DNA of 64,000 bases, taken from contig NMRA01000178.1 of NCBI GenBank assembly GCA_002633005.1, forward strand, positions 472,062-536,061, written 5' to 3'. Made by a program: the position numbers and the translations under genes. Origin of the DNA: Phoronis australis. Taxonomy: Eukaryota; Animalia; Phoronida. Below the pieces are notes generated by a model. That model was not told where the DNA came from and ran no database searches. It saw nothing but the letters and a program-made list of their open reading frames with translations. Of the stretch, positions 1-12,552 are shown piece after piece. Positions within the stretch are counted from its first letter, which is position 1, and every line of letters starts with the position of its first letter.

Positions 1-1319
1 TCTGCGCCGTGACCTGATGCCAAAGCTTTATACACCAAACCAGTTGGAAGTGAAACGATTCAATATTTCACTGCAGAACAAAATTATCTCGTTTGACCTC
101 AGCAACAAGTACAACAAAAATGACCCCGGGATGTAGGTTTCGGACTAGTCCCATCACTCTGTTAAATTTGTAAGCTTTGTCACCCAGCTTACATGCTTAG
201 AGATCATACCATGCTTCCGTTCACTGGGCCTTGACCTTGTGAAGAAAGGATTCTGATGCACGTTCCATGCAATGCTACTTTTGAAAACCATCGTGTTGGA
301 TCCATGCTTTCTATCAAAAATATGTAACTTAGTCCGCTAACCGTTATAAAACGGTCTCATCCTATTCGTTATTTAGGAAAGAAATGAACTCTGGGCTCAT
401 GTTATTTCAGACGAGTCTCAATAAAGTTCAGGCCAACGCGTGTACGTTCACCCCAGTCGAAGCTCGAGATACGTTGGGTTGGTCAAGGCAAACTTATTGT
501 ACTGTATGTAGTCAATTGCACAACTGACGTATGACACAAAAGATAATTAATGCCGTTTTGGATGTGTTAAACGGGCCTATATGAACCGTTAGAAAGCCGT
601 TTTGGGCACGTCACTGCAAATGTTTTTGTCGCTTTAACCCTAAGGGTGTCTGGTTATCACTCAAAAGCACGCACACGGTTCGTTACCAACTGAAATGTAA
701 TCGGCATTTCCACTGCTCATACACTGTACTGCTTTTCCATTGTCGGTACATGTAGCGTTATTTCCACTTGAACGTTTTAGAACACGACGCGTTTGTCAAT
801 TATCAATATCTTGAAGCACTGTTGAACTAGAAGAGTACTGAACCTATAAACGTAACAATTCATGCGCGCCAGATTAAGACATGGACCAGCGGGGTTCATT
901 TATTGTGTCAATTCAACTGAAAGATTCTTCCCTGGCAATTTATTTATTTCAATTCGAAGTTTGCGACTTCGACTTGACTTAACCCTCGTTGCGCAAGAGA
1001 AAATTGGCCCGCAAGCAACGTGAACTTGACCTTCCCATTCTACCAAATGAAGTAAGCTTCGATTTAATTAGTAGACCATCGAAAATTATAAAAGTAGCCT
1101 CGACATGTTCCTTAAACGGATTAAAAATGATTTTAGATCTTGGAAAGAACCAACATTCCGACATTGACTGTGGCCATTCTCGGCGCACAACTTACCAATA
1201 CAGACTGCTTAATACCATGTCCGAGCAAAAACGTTTTTAAAGCTTAAAAACACTTCGAGTCTTAAAAATGATTCATTTTGCCAAAATTTCCGATTGCTTT
1301 GGTCATTTGCGAAATACGT

Positions 1320-4300
1320 TTATCTCTCCCCTGCAGAAACTTTCTGTGTGTTAAGAGCCTTACTCTGGTTTGAGTCTGTTTCACACGAAATGACTTTAAT
1401 GACAACACCGTTCGATTCCGCGGGAGGTGATGGCGGAGAGGTGACGTTCTTTGCAGGCGGGGGACTCGTCAGTTGATTCCTTGGAGAGATGTCACTCCCC
1501 CTAGGACTTGTGTCACTTTTATTAGACGAGGCCGACAGTTTTCTCTGTCGAAACTGTTTCCTTGAAATCATCGGCGACGCGACATGTGACGATATCAGTG
1601 GCGATGTTGGCGGCCACTTAGCGCCATCCAAACTATCCTGTCGTTTCATGGTATTATTGCCCAAGTCTATTGAAATCATGGGACTTTTTCTTCTCATGAG
1701 CATGGGTGAGTCTATTGATGATCGAGTAGAAAGAGCGCTATCTGGTCGATTTCGAGGACTACGACCAGCGTTACCGGCAGATGGAATTCTGGTACGAGGG
1801 CTCAGACTTTGAATGGTCTCGCCGCGCTCGAAGGGATTGCGAGAACTGAAGGACTGTGCGCGGACACGTGAGTGCGAATTTTGAAGTTGACTAAACGCCC
1901 GCAATGTGTCCAGTTGGTCCTGTTGTTGGTCAATTGATTTTCTTGGACGACGAACTGATTTAATATACTCCGGCTCTCCTAGTGTAGTAAGTTGCCGCAG
2001 GGAGGCGGTCAGATTGGTACTTGAACCGGTTCTTGAGCGAAGTTGCCCATCAAGGCCCACGATAGGTGGTAAGAGAAACTTAAACGAGTTTCGTGTTCTC
2101 AAGTCCGGTGGTAGAAGCTTCCCGGTGGCCGTGTGTACATCGAGGTCTTCAAACTCCCTGGACATCCTGCGACCTCTTCTTGCAGCATATTTTTTACCTG
2201 CAAGAAGAGCGTTCAATAAGCATGTGCATGGGCGGCGCACCATAGGGGGCGCTGGGGGTCTATAGCCTCCACTTATTTCAATGCTGCGCCGTCCATGTTA
2301 AAAATATTCCCTTGTCTAGTGAGCTTAAAGAGGCATGGAACGTGAAAACTTGTAAAAAATACCTTTTAAACAAATCGTGGCGAATCTTGGCGATGTTAAC
2401 GTGATAGTTATTCACTTTGAATATTGCAAAACTTTCTAAAAAAAGTCGTCATATTCACTCTTTGAAACAGAGACGTAAAAACAATTCTTTAGTTCCTATA
2501 CAGTTTTCAAATTCTCCGCCACCAACGCATGCGCACAAACAATTCGGACGGGCTGCTGCTTGAAATCATCATTGTTTTGTTTACCTCAAAGGTCAAGTGT
2601 CACATTTTACATTTAAAGGAAATGCGCTACGTTGATGTCTTGACATACCAAATAAGGAGACGTGCTTTGCCGTGTGGTAGAAAAATCGACGAAGTGATCA
2701 GCAGTTGACAGATTGTTTGTTCAAATACGAAACTAGAGGAAAAATGCTTAGACACCAAAGAAATTCAAAATCTTTATGAGCAACCCGTAAAAATACCTCG
2801 TGAGCAGTTTGGTTTCAGTGTCTGTGGTACACAACCACTTTGAATAATGCAATTTAGTCTGTTTTTCACGTTCTATGCCACTTTAATTTACTGCACGCAT
2901 CACAAACAACAACTCCACGGAAAGAACGCTGCTTCCAATATTTGTCGCTACCTCCTTGTTACTGTTGTAGGATTAATTGATTTCAAGGTTTGCGGTCATA
3001 ATTTGCATATGATTAACGCAGCCAGTCGAGACTGAAACTGTCAAGTTGCTATGTAGATCGCATTTATTACGGCGACCATATAGCCTTAGCAACAATGAAC
3101 TCGGGTGGGTAATTTGTATACAACGTAAAATAAGGAACCATGACTCCACCAGATTTATAAAACCTCAAAGTGCATTCCAGACAACGTAATGACGACTTTA
3201 GCGTTGCAGACATGAAAGTCAAGGATTAGAAGCGGCACCTTCATGTGCTTGACATTTGAAATCCTTAAATATTAAAAACATCCAGCTTCAAACAATTACT
3301 TATTTTTTAGATACTTTTCAAAGATACTTGAACTTAGGTAAAATGGAAATGTATACGGGAACAGACAGTTTGGCTTTGGTGCAGTCGTTAAAAATAAGTT
3401 TCAGCCTCAAGCTTTCAGCAAAAAAAGAAACTGCATCAAAGTCATCAAAATCACAAGGAAAACTGTTCATTACAAAAACGTTATGTAACTACATTATATT
3501 TTGTAATTTAATAACCGAGGTGTCTAAACTACATTTAGAAGGTAATTTATATTCTCACACGTCTCGTGTCAATGCAAAATAACCCTATTGGGACCTTTCC
3601 TTTTTCGAAAATCGATCTGTGCTGTTAACGATACCAGTCTTTTTGTGATGGCGTTGAAAAGGTAAGTGAACAACTTTGATTTGATTCGAATATTACAGAC
3701 GATGCTACTCTGTGTAAGTTAACTTACCCATTTTCTCAAAGTCTGTTTCTGCGGTTTTAGCGCCTTTAAAGTTGATCGGAAAAGGATTAACAAACTTGTC
3801 TTCATCTTCCGACTCCGTTAAGCTTCCACTATCACTAGTTGGTTCTGAAAACAACGATCAGAGTTGAGTGGCGGAGACGAAAAAATACCGCGATACAAGT
3901 AGATCTCGCAAAGTCTTGGCCTTACGTGATCTTATGTTTTCGCGAGGTTCTCGCGTCTATGGAACCTACGTCGGGGTCATTACTACCTCGTCTCATTGGC
4001 TTCCGGTGTCGTTACTCTCTTAGATCCCGTGTTGAGACTACGTTGGCTCACTTTCTTTTGGTTGGTCAATGTTGCAAAATGATACTCGCACAATTATCTA
4101 CACTAATGATGTTTAAAGCACACGGAACGCATCCTTTTGCAGATGAGTAGGTGTAAAAGGAACCATTGTCCGGTTTACGGATATTTGAGAGGCCGAGCAT
4201 CTGGTGGAAACATTGAATAACGGGTCAGTGCAGCCTCCCGTTCAGTAACGCTAGGACCACGCTAAAATGCAAGACTTCGCGTGAAATATTGCCGTGTATT

Positions 4301-6268
4301 CTGAACGAGAGCACGTGACTTAGGCTAGATTTAGCTAGGTCCTAGCGTAGGTCCTAGCGTTACTGAACGCACTCCCGGTGTTAACATATAGGTGGAACAC
4401 TAAGCCCGCGGGCTCGCTTTTCTGCTGCACCGCCGCTATAATAAGTACACACGACAAACGCCAGAATATTTCGGGCGTGATGAAGTTTAATTACTGAGTC
4501 AATGAAGTTTCGCACTTTTGAACAGACTACCGTACAATGATAAAAATCACGAAACACGATCCTTCTCAGTTACTTATTTGGTTTCATAACTGCAGTTTCC
4601 CGCTGCGTGGTGAGCTCGTCTTTTATAGGCTAACAGTTGCTCAATAAACAGTTTGTAAGAGGACAGAGTGACTTGTTTGAGAAGTTTATATTTAGAACTG
4701 TGAGTGGTTCAGCGTGCACGGGTTGTGATGAAAATGGTGCACGGAAGTTGTAGGCTATATATGAGCGACTCACTATACAGAATACAGACAGTCACGTTGT
4801 TTTACGAATACCGGTAATTAATCACTCCAAGCTTTATGGCTTTATTATGGACCAGATATCGAGTTGCCAGTGGTAAAATACAGTAATGTATCAAGTACGT
4901 AACGCCAACTCAAGTGGGAACGAGTATTCGATTGCAGTATCTCAAGATGCCACATTTATGGCACAGCCTATACACCGGCCTTATTCATTTTAAAAGTGAA
5001 CCTCTTTTTAGGTTTTAAGAACAATGTAAACGCAAAGCGCGAATTTTTCCTCGTGCCTCGTTATATTTATGTCTCAAATGCATTGTTTTTAAATCTAAAA
5101 AGAGGCTCACTTACTAAAATGACCACTGCGTGAATAGGGTGCATAACGAGTACGCGACTTAATTGAGTTGAAAATTTAAAGCTCATAACACTAACAATTG
5201 TACCGGAAGATGTAGCAGGAATCAAACGAGTGCAGTTACTGGAATCATGGACGGTTGTTGCGTTTTGAAAGGCCAAGTCATTATTTTTTCTAATTTTTAA
5301 AAAGGAGACAGATTCAAATTAATCGTCTCTTAACCAAAACATCAAAAGTCGGATTTGTGAGATCACATTTTGTTAACATAATTAAACCTGTTGCGGCGTC
5401 ACGGCGTCACGCCGTCCCAGCCAGTAATAGTAATTTGATCCAGGTTTGGTGAACTTAGAAGACAGACAGATTAATTAAACCAACTTTTTGCATGTAATGC
5501 ATCGAAACGAAACGTGATCTTTGATCCGGGTACAAAAAATCCTCAAAGCCGCGTGATCGGTGTCTCCAGAAAGCACATCTTGGTAGCAAGACTCACTTTT
5601 AGTGTAAAAGTTTATTTTGTCGGTTAAAAACAGTAAGTGTGCTTGCTGAAAAAAAATCTAACTTTTATGAGAAAAGTCTTGTAGTTTTACCTCAAGGATG
5701 ACGTGTTTAAAAACACTTGTCAACTACATGTTGACAAAATGTAGAGCCAAATGTCGTCTTGTAAAGCTGCCGGGCATGTTCTTGTCCGTTTGTATTCATT
5801 TTCATGTTAAATGCCAACTTATGCATGTATCGAATCTGAGAATTTAAATACTGTGATTCCCCACGGCCACATTGCCTTCGCAACAGCAGTTAAAGTATTG
5901 CGAAGATTTTGGGTATTATATGAAATCGTGTTGAGCTTTCCCTACTTCTAATTTCTAAAAAGCGAGATTTGTTTGCAATACTTCAAAAGCGAATAATTAG
6001 TAGGCTGAAGCACCAAGCACTCTGTACGAGCAACGGACTTACCCTTCAGATCTGTCATTCCGCACACCAACTGGTCCGTTTTCAACTGTTGCAGGTGCGC
6101 CACCATGTCCCTTTGGGCCTTCTCCATCTTACTCCATGCCTGTTTCGCCTCATTATCCAGCCCCACAGCCCTGTGGTTGTGTATCGCCCTCTCCCGTTTA
6201 TTCTTAATTTTCACTCTGTTAAAGCTGCGCGTGGACTCCTTAGTGTACTTTTCGACGTCTTCTTCCAT
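1320..6268 (-). CDS. Three-exon gene, ~406 aa: N-terminal predicted coiled coil, then a long Ser/Pro/Arg-rich disordered region; function unknown
   Basis: Exons 6268-6043 (MEEDVEK...MTDLK, donor g|gtaagt), 3844-3728 (acceptor tgttttcag, EPTSDSGSLTESEDEDKFVNPFPINFKGAKTAETDFEKM, donor g|gtaagt) and 2197-1320 (acceptor ctcttcttgcag, GKKYAARRGRR...SAGER*). Both introns are phase 1; total 1221 nt = 407 codons with no internal stop. Confidence 0.8.
4239..4369. mobile_element. MITE, family with CGTTCAGTAACGCTAGGACC terminal inverted repeats (copy 1 of 3)
   Basis: Left cgttcagtaacgctaggacc, right ggtcctagcgttactgaacg; internal sequence shared with copies at 40200-40343 and 60386-60512. Confidence 0.75.
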
Positions 6269-7689
6269 GCTCAGTCCAATTGCTGGTTTGACAACAGTTC
6301 GTAATTAGTAATTCTTCGGAACAATACACAGGAACGCTCCGCTACTCGATATAATAGCTTGTTATAACTACACCATGAATAGTTCATGAATCCATACGTC
6401 AATACGCGCGCACGTATTTCAACCAGCTATGCTTTTGAACCTATAACCTAACGACGAATGGACGTAAAATACGTCCAAAACTGAAATATAGTAACTATTC
6501 TCAAATGGGCCGTCTGCGGAGTTAAACCTCAAGCCATGACGTCATTCTTCCTCAGGCACCAATACTGGACTTCGACATCAACAGGTTTCTACTTTGATTT
6601 AATCCAATTTAAGAAAATTACCACCCGTCGAGATGGCCCTTTTGTTGAGTCGACAAAACTGCTATATGCTGTCATGTGATACGGTCAATTGGTGATTGAA
6701 ACTCTTTAATGGGCTGAAAATAAAAGATGACAATCTTGGATTCACCTTCGCATTGAACGGTTGTCGTACAAAGATATATTGGATGTATCTTGACGCCAGT
6801 GGCCCAAGGGATATACATGCAACAGAAGGTGTACAGAAATGATCAATTTAAAATTTGCTAAATGCCAATTCACTCAAGCGAACAAGTTCAAAGTTGCGCA
6901 AATACAAAATGAGAGAAAAAGTTCATAGCTACATTTACAATGCAAAACTTGATACTGACCATTGAACACAATAAATGTGGGTGGAATGTCAATCAGCTAG
7001 GATTAAACTCCAGCCTGCTCAACACTCGCAATTAGACAAACACCGTTCCGACCAAGAAGAGAACTTTGGATTTATAGCACTACCGTCATAAAAGTAGTCT
7101 CAACTTGTTCCCAGTTGGGCTGAGGAGTGAGTTTCGGGTTTGAGGCAAAGAACTGACAATTCGTTTATGAGACCGCGCTCGGCGCATAAAATGACACGCC
7201 GTGGCCAGCCAACTCGTAATGCCTGGACTAAAGTAATACGCCTAATGGCTTCAGTTATTTTGAAGCCTTGAAATTCTCTCCTGTTTGACAAAGGGACAAT
7301 TTGAGGACAATTTTAAAACTGTAAGTGTTCTAAACCGGACGTTTTTTGTGTTTGGAAGCTGGCTTGTTGGCACTTTACTGCTTTTCGAAACTTACCTGTT
7401 GGCGGAGTTATTAGACTTGAAACTGCACTTGCATTAGTGAACATATATACTCACAGAATGTGTTCAAATGTCGTCAAACATCCAGTTTTCAAAGAAGTGG
7501 ATTAACTCCGCGTCATCGTAACTAAACCTATTGCCGCAGCTTAGAATATCAATGTCTTATTAAACGTGAGCTTTGGCAGAGAGAAAATTTACTGCTCGTG
7601 TATCCAAGCGCCTGAGGAGATTATCACAAGAGCGGCGATAAAACTTACAAAACCATTGACGATAAGCCTTCGGCGATGTTGATTTTACT

Positions 7690-8535
7690 TTAAAACATCG
7701 AGAAGGTTAATTGCCTCCTCATGAATCGTAACTGCCTTTCTGTTGCTTTAACCTCTGATTTACGTAAAAAGCCCAGTTTCATCTTTTTGCGCGATGTTGG
7801 TGAACAGCGATTTAATTGTATTTTAGGGCCTCCGGATGACATCATCATAAAGANCCTGGCCACTGATCGTGTTGGTTTAGACTCTGTTGCTAATGTGTAA
7901 GAAAAAATGACGAAAGTCATTTAAAAAAACAAGCCACCAATTGAAATAGACTGTCACGGTATAGAGAGTTATGTTTCCTCCACTTTCGGACACTGACCAA
8001 GAGCCAATTTCATCGAAAGCCCTTACACATCGATTGAATTAACTATTTAAACAATTAGTGCGTAGATAAAATATTCCAATAGCTAATATTACGTTAACAT
8101 GGAGATGACGTTATATTAATATACGTTACTCACAAACACTGTGCGATGGCAGACACTACATGTATTACTATACTTCTAAGGACCCATAGCATCAAAATTT
8201 TCTTATACAGAAAACGACGCATCGTCAAAAGTGGGATATTTACAGTCTGTGTAAGGGACGGGAACGGCATCTCTTGTTTGATTTCTATTATTACCGTATG
8301 AGGAGCTGTTTGCTAAGAAGCCAAAAATGACATTGGCTAGAGATTTCGCACGAAATCATGTTGGTCACCTGAGCCACAAACTATTGGATCGGTTTTTACT
8401 AACACTACTTGACGTAAATTTTGATACTCGGAATGGCATCGATAACATAGAAGGCCGACTTGGGCTTCTGTAGTGGTTTACTTGAGATGAGGCCATACAT
8501 GTACACATTATCACAAACATTGCCGTCGTCATCAT
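7690..8535 (-). CDS. Possible small 3-exon gene with a hydrophobic N-terminus (MMTTAMFVIMCTCMASS...)
   Basis: Phase-compatible exons 8535-8369, 8305-8244 and 7889-7690; weak splice sites (gtgacc, gtaaat) and an N at 7854 inside the last exon. Confidence 0.25.
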
Positions 8536-10656
8536 CGTACGCCAAGCCTTATATAAGTTTTAGTACAAGGTACGTGATTTTGAGCAGATGCGGCCCAGAA
8601 CGATTGTTTCAGTCTTTCACCGAGAATTAAGTTAGCACGGAAAGGAAGTTTACGAGGGGACGAAATTCCGTGAAAAGCGACATAATGTATTACTATAATT
8701 ACTAGGTTTACGAAAAGAAAGTTCTACATAAACTATGTTAATGAGAAAACACGCTGTCAGGTGTAATTTTTTCTGTTTGTTAATTGCATTCGCTCTGTAG
8801 TACAGTAGATGCTACATTCTCGTCATTTTTCCTTCGAAAATAATCCATTCTCATTGCTTTCTTTTCACTTCCAGAAGGATAATCATTGTTTTGATGCATT
8901 GCCCAACTGCGCAATCAGTGCATAGTCAGAAACATGTGGATCAAATCGAATCAAAGACAAGCATACCATGGATGTACTCAGTAACTTTGAAGTAAATTTA
9001 ATTTTCCAACTTCTGTAAGGATTATCAGCCATTCAATGGGAAAATATTCATATACGAGATAAACGCATTTGATGGTGGACAAAGAAAATTAATGTGTCGC
9101 TGGGTAGGGAACATCAACTTCCATCAAAAGTTATTTGACACGATATCGAAAAATGTTTAGCGTCCAACACAAACAAATTTAGAACGAAAGTTTTAAATTA
9201 TGAAAAGAAATCCTTAAGGGCATACGCATGCGCACGTGTTTTCCTTCAAACCAGTCAGGTTATGCAGGAACTTCTCCACAAGTCTGCATTTAGTGAAATA
9301 TCTACAAAATTATGAATTTTGACTCAGTAAAATTGCACATTTTGTTAAAGTACAAAGCCTGTAGAATTTGATTTTTAATTGAGTTACGTGACCAAAAAGA
9401 CAGATACATTGATTGCATGACAACGGTACCAATAACACAGCGAAACTTCCTTTCTTATTGATACTCAAAATAAGATCTCAAAAACGTTATCGCAACTTGT
9501 TTCATATTCAATTTGTTGTTCATAATTAAATTACAAAAACGTTGTAGCATCTTTTGTGTTGTTTCAGGAAATTAAAAAACGCGCATTTTGATTGCCCTCT
9601 TATTAAATCCAAACCCTAGCAACGTTTTGGAGACCAGTCCATGATAAAGCAAAGCACCGATAGCGTACATGCATGTGAAAAATTCATTTGAATCAAGTCA
9701 TACAAATCGGAGACATGATGCTACAAATTTTGGACATTATTCTAGGGTCCTACATGACCTTAAACATCCTAATAGTCAGCTTCATTTATCTTACTAATGG
9801 TTGTGTTAGTTAAATGTTTACTGGAAAGTGAGTATCTCGGTTGCCGATTATTTGTCCAGAATTTATAGGTAAACAATGATAACATTCGTCGGTGTAATCT
9901 CAAGACGAGATACTGCGAACCACACGATCTATTGAGCAGCATTGGTGGTACAAGTATGACCGGGTCGCACATGCGCATGTAGTGCGTGCCTATTCAAACC
10001 TCTTTTCCGAGAGTGAAAAAATGATGTTCGCGAGAAACGAGATGTGTTTGTACGAAAGGGTTGCTGTGTATAAGAAAATATTCATGCATGCTGTAATTTC
10101 TGTGATTGATTTTCGTTTTGTATATGAATGTTGCAATTTTTGAATTTCTCGTCAATCGTCCAATGTTAATGATTTAATAATTTGATCAATCCAGAGAAAT
10201 TGAAAGTATTATTTAAAACTTACTCAAGGCAGGTGGCAAATTTTATTGAAGCTTGATTAAAAACGGAGACATTTTACCCACGTCGTCTTTGGTGTCTCAA
10301 GTGACAAAGATGGCCAGTTGGTAGGTATTATTTTACTAGTGTGTTTCTACTTGCGACTTGACTAAATAATTTACTTAGGTTATGACGGTCCCTTGAATGT
10401 ATAAACATAACACAAGAATACAATATGGGGCATAAAGCAGGCCATGTTTGAAATATTTTTCATAAAACTGAGATTACGAATGATCGAAAGAGGTTTTCCA
10501 AGTCTCACTGCTTGCACAAGCTACAGCCTCTTCCCCAAGCCTCAAGATGGCGCTGCTCGGTTTAGAATTCTACATTGACAAGTAATTAGAGGCGAAATAT
10601 GCAGCTTTAACAAACACGCCGTAATTAGATTAATCGTATATAAGGGCGAACGCACA

Positions 10657-10777
10657 TACATGGAACAAGTAGCGGCGATCGAGCAGAGCTGACGTCCTCA
10701 AGTCATAACTAGATACAGTNATACATGGAACGACGATCGAGCAGAGCTGACGTCCTCAAGTCATAATTAGATACAAT
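10657..10777. repeat. ~60-bp direct duplication flanking a single N (probable contig/haplotype overlap)
   Basis: atacatggaac...tcataa(c/t)tagataca repeated on both sides of the N at 10720. Confidence 0.7.
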
Positions 10778-11059
10778 GGCGTATTTAGGGGACCATTCCC
10801 CTAAAATTCTACCAGATACCATTTGGGAGTTCGGGTGCGAATTACTGACTAGCATATGCGAGCAACCAGGGGTCTCGGGGGGTCAATAAACAATGCATAG
10901 GCCCTGAACAAACCCCGTTTACCTCCTTTTTTTAGTCAGCAGGTCCGCAAACCCAAAATTCGAGACCTCCACATTTCAGGCTGAGCGCGCACATCTGCCG
11001 CAATTCTGGTTATTCCTGTGCCCTGACCCCCCTAACTCAAAATCCTGGATCCGCCCCTG
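10774..11059. mobile_element. Non-autonomous DNA transposon, CA..TG ends, 5-bp TSD AGATA
   Basis: Starts caatggcgtatttagg, ends cctggatccgcccctg; agata on both sides; internal sequence shared with 18153-18302. Confidence 0.75.
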
Positions 11060-11698
11060 AGATATATTGGGTTACTCAACTATCACAATGCTCACTTGCC
11101 GACTTTTGTAGAAAAGCGCGTAGATGTACCACACACGGTTAGAATAAGGTACTGGGAAACTGTTGTACAATAATTTGTTTTCCCTCGCTCCCGATAGAGG
11201 TAATCGGCTACGCACGTAGCAGGCACTGTACAAGTGTCACTGGGTTTTGCCACAGTGACAGCGCACACGTCACTGGACCAGTAGCTTTTCTTCCACTCTG
11301 TCGAAAACTGTACGGTGCCACCTTAGGTCACCAGTGTGATTCAGTGGTATAAGCTCCGAACTTATATCCCTGGGCATGATTTACCACTGCCCGGGGTGTA
11401 TCACTATTCATTTGTATGAAAAGCAAATATATGTACTATTTATGATTAATTTAAATGGGAAATTAATAGGTTGTGATGTTCCAAAGTTTATTTTTCAGTA
11501 ACATTTTTGATTTTTGTTCAGTTGTAAACAGGGTCGCCACTCAAGGGACTTTAGCACCGCTTTTATTGAAAATTGAAGGCGTATGCAGCCCCTTAGTTAA
11601 AATTTGCTGAGGGTCTCTTGGTAAAATGGTAAAAGTTTCAAATGAAAATTTTGATCTTTCCTCAAGTAACGTAATTTCGTTGGGACACATCGTGTAGG

Positions 11699-12086
11699 TG
11701 CACCTGTGGCATCTGTCAGACTACCCCAGGTGCTGCTGAACAAATATTCTGCAAAGAAGTTGAAAAGGTTGTGGCAAAGCTTGAAGAAGTGAAGAGTGAC
11801 AACTTGCACGAAAGAAAAATATTGCATCGTGGAGCATGGAGGTTTTAAACCAGTATGCATCAGTTGTGATGTTTTGGGGACTGCACGGCTGCAATACAAA
11901 AGTCAATATCCGGATGGTTACGACGGACCCTCTGATCGACACGTGCAACACGTTGCCTACAAACACTTTCATCGATGAGTACATGGACAATCAGGACGAA
12001 CTGTCTGAGGTTATTCTAGCTTGTGCATTAGAGCTTTTTACCCTCCGTCAGGAAAAGAGGAGGACTTCCATGGAGTTTGTTGCTAG
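11699..12086 (+). pseudogene. Decayed KolX / P2X7-C-terminal-like Cys-rich domain (probable Kolobok accessory gene remnant)
   Basis: CTCGICQTTPGAAEQIFCKEV, a frameshift, then CIVEHGGFKPVC...HVAYKHFHR*VHGQSGRTV*...CIRAFYPPSGKEEDFHG. This follows the WCxCGxC..E..CC / CIxxHxGFxxVCL / AYRxxxRWxxGxLG..R / CIRxxFP pattern of this family as I recall it; two stops and at least one frameshift. Confidence 0.7.
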
Positions 12087-12325
12087 TTTCATCCATTTAT
12101 AGATATCGACAGTTGTCTTAGCCTTGGAATGCCAACTCCCGCGTGTTACTCATGTATTCTATTATTAGAACTTGCGACTCCGAGACTAACCCCGAGTTCG
12201 CACTGTGATTTTCCGACCGCCTCCTCGACTGAGTTTTGATCAAGTGTTGTAGTTATCAAATCAAGCCTAATTTCACTGCTTTATTTTCGTTTTGTCATTT
12301 TTATTCACCAAGCAAGACTCCTGAA

Positions 12326-12552
12326 CAGGGCTTGGAATGACCAATGACAAAAAAGAGGAAACTTTTCCAGGTGAAATATCGTTCCATAAATAAATAGGCT
12401 TGTGTAATAGAAATAATTTTTTGTGTTGTATAATTTAACTGAAATGAATGTTTTTGCATAAATAAAGTTAAAACAATGATAAAAAGAGACAAAAAAGAGA
12501 AAGACGGACATCGAATAAGAGGAAATCGAAACTAAAAAGAGGTAATCTTCTT
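12326..12552. mobile_element. MITE with CAGGGCTTGGAA end (inverted relative to copy at 24116-24350)
   Basis: Starts cagggcttggaat; internal ttccaggtgaaatatcgttccataaataaataggcttgtg is the reverse complement of part of the 24116 element; right end eroded. Confidence 0.6.

Noticed and set aside
989-1240. 83-aa + ORF with a basic N-terminus
   Set aside because: TTG start just after an in-frame stop, no acceptor, and it lies antisense in the likely 3' region of the minus-strand gene.
1489-2265. + strand ORFs of 107 and 119 aa
   Set aside because: Antisense shadows of the real minus-strand exon.
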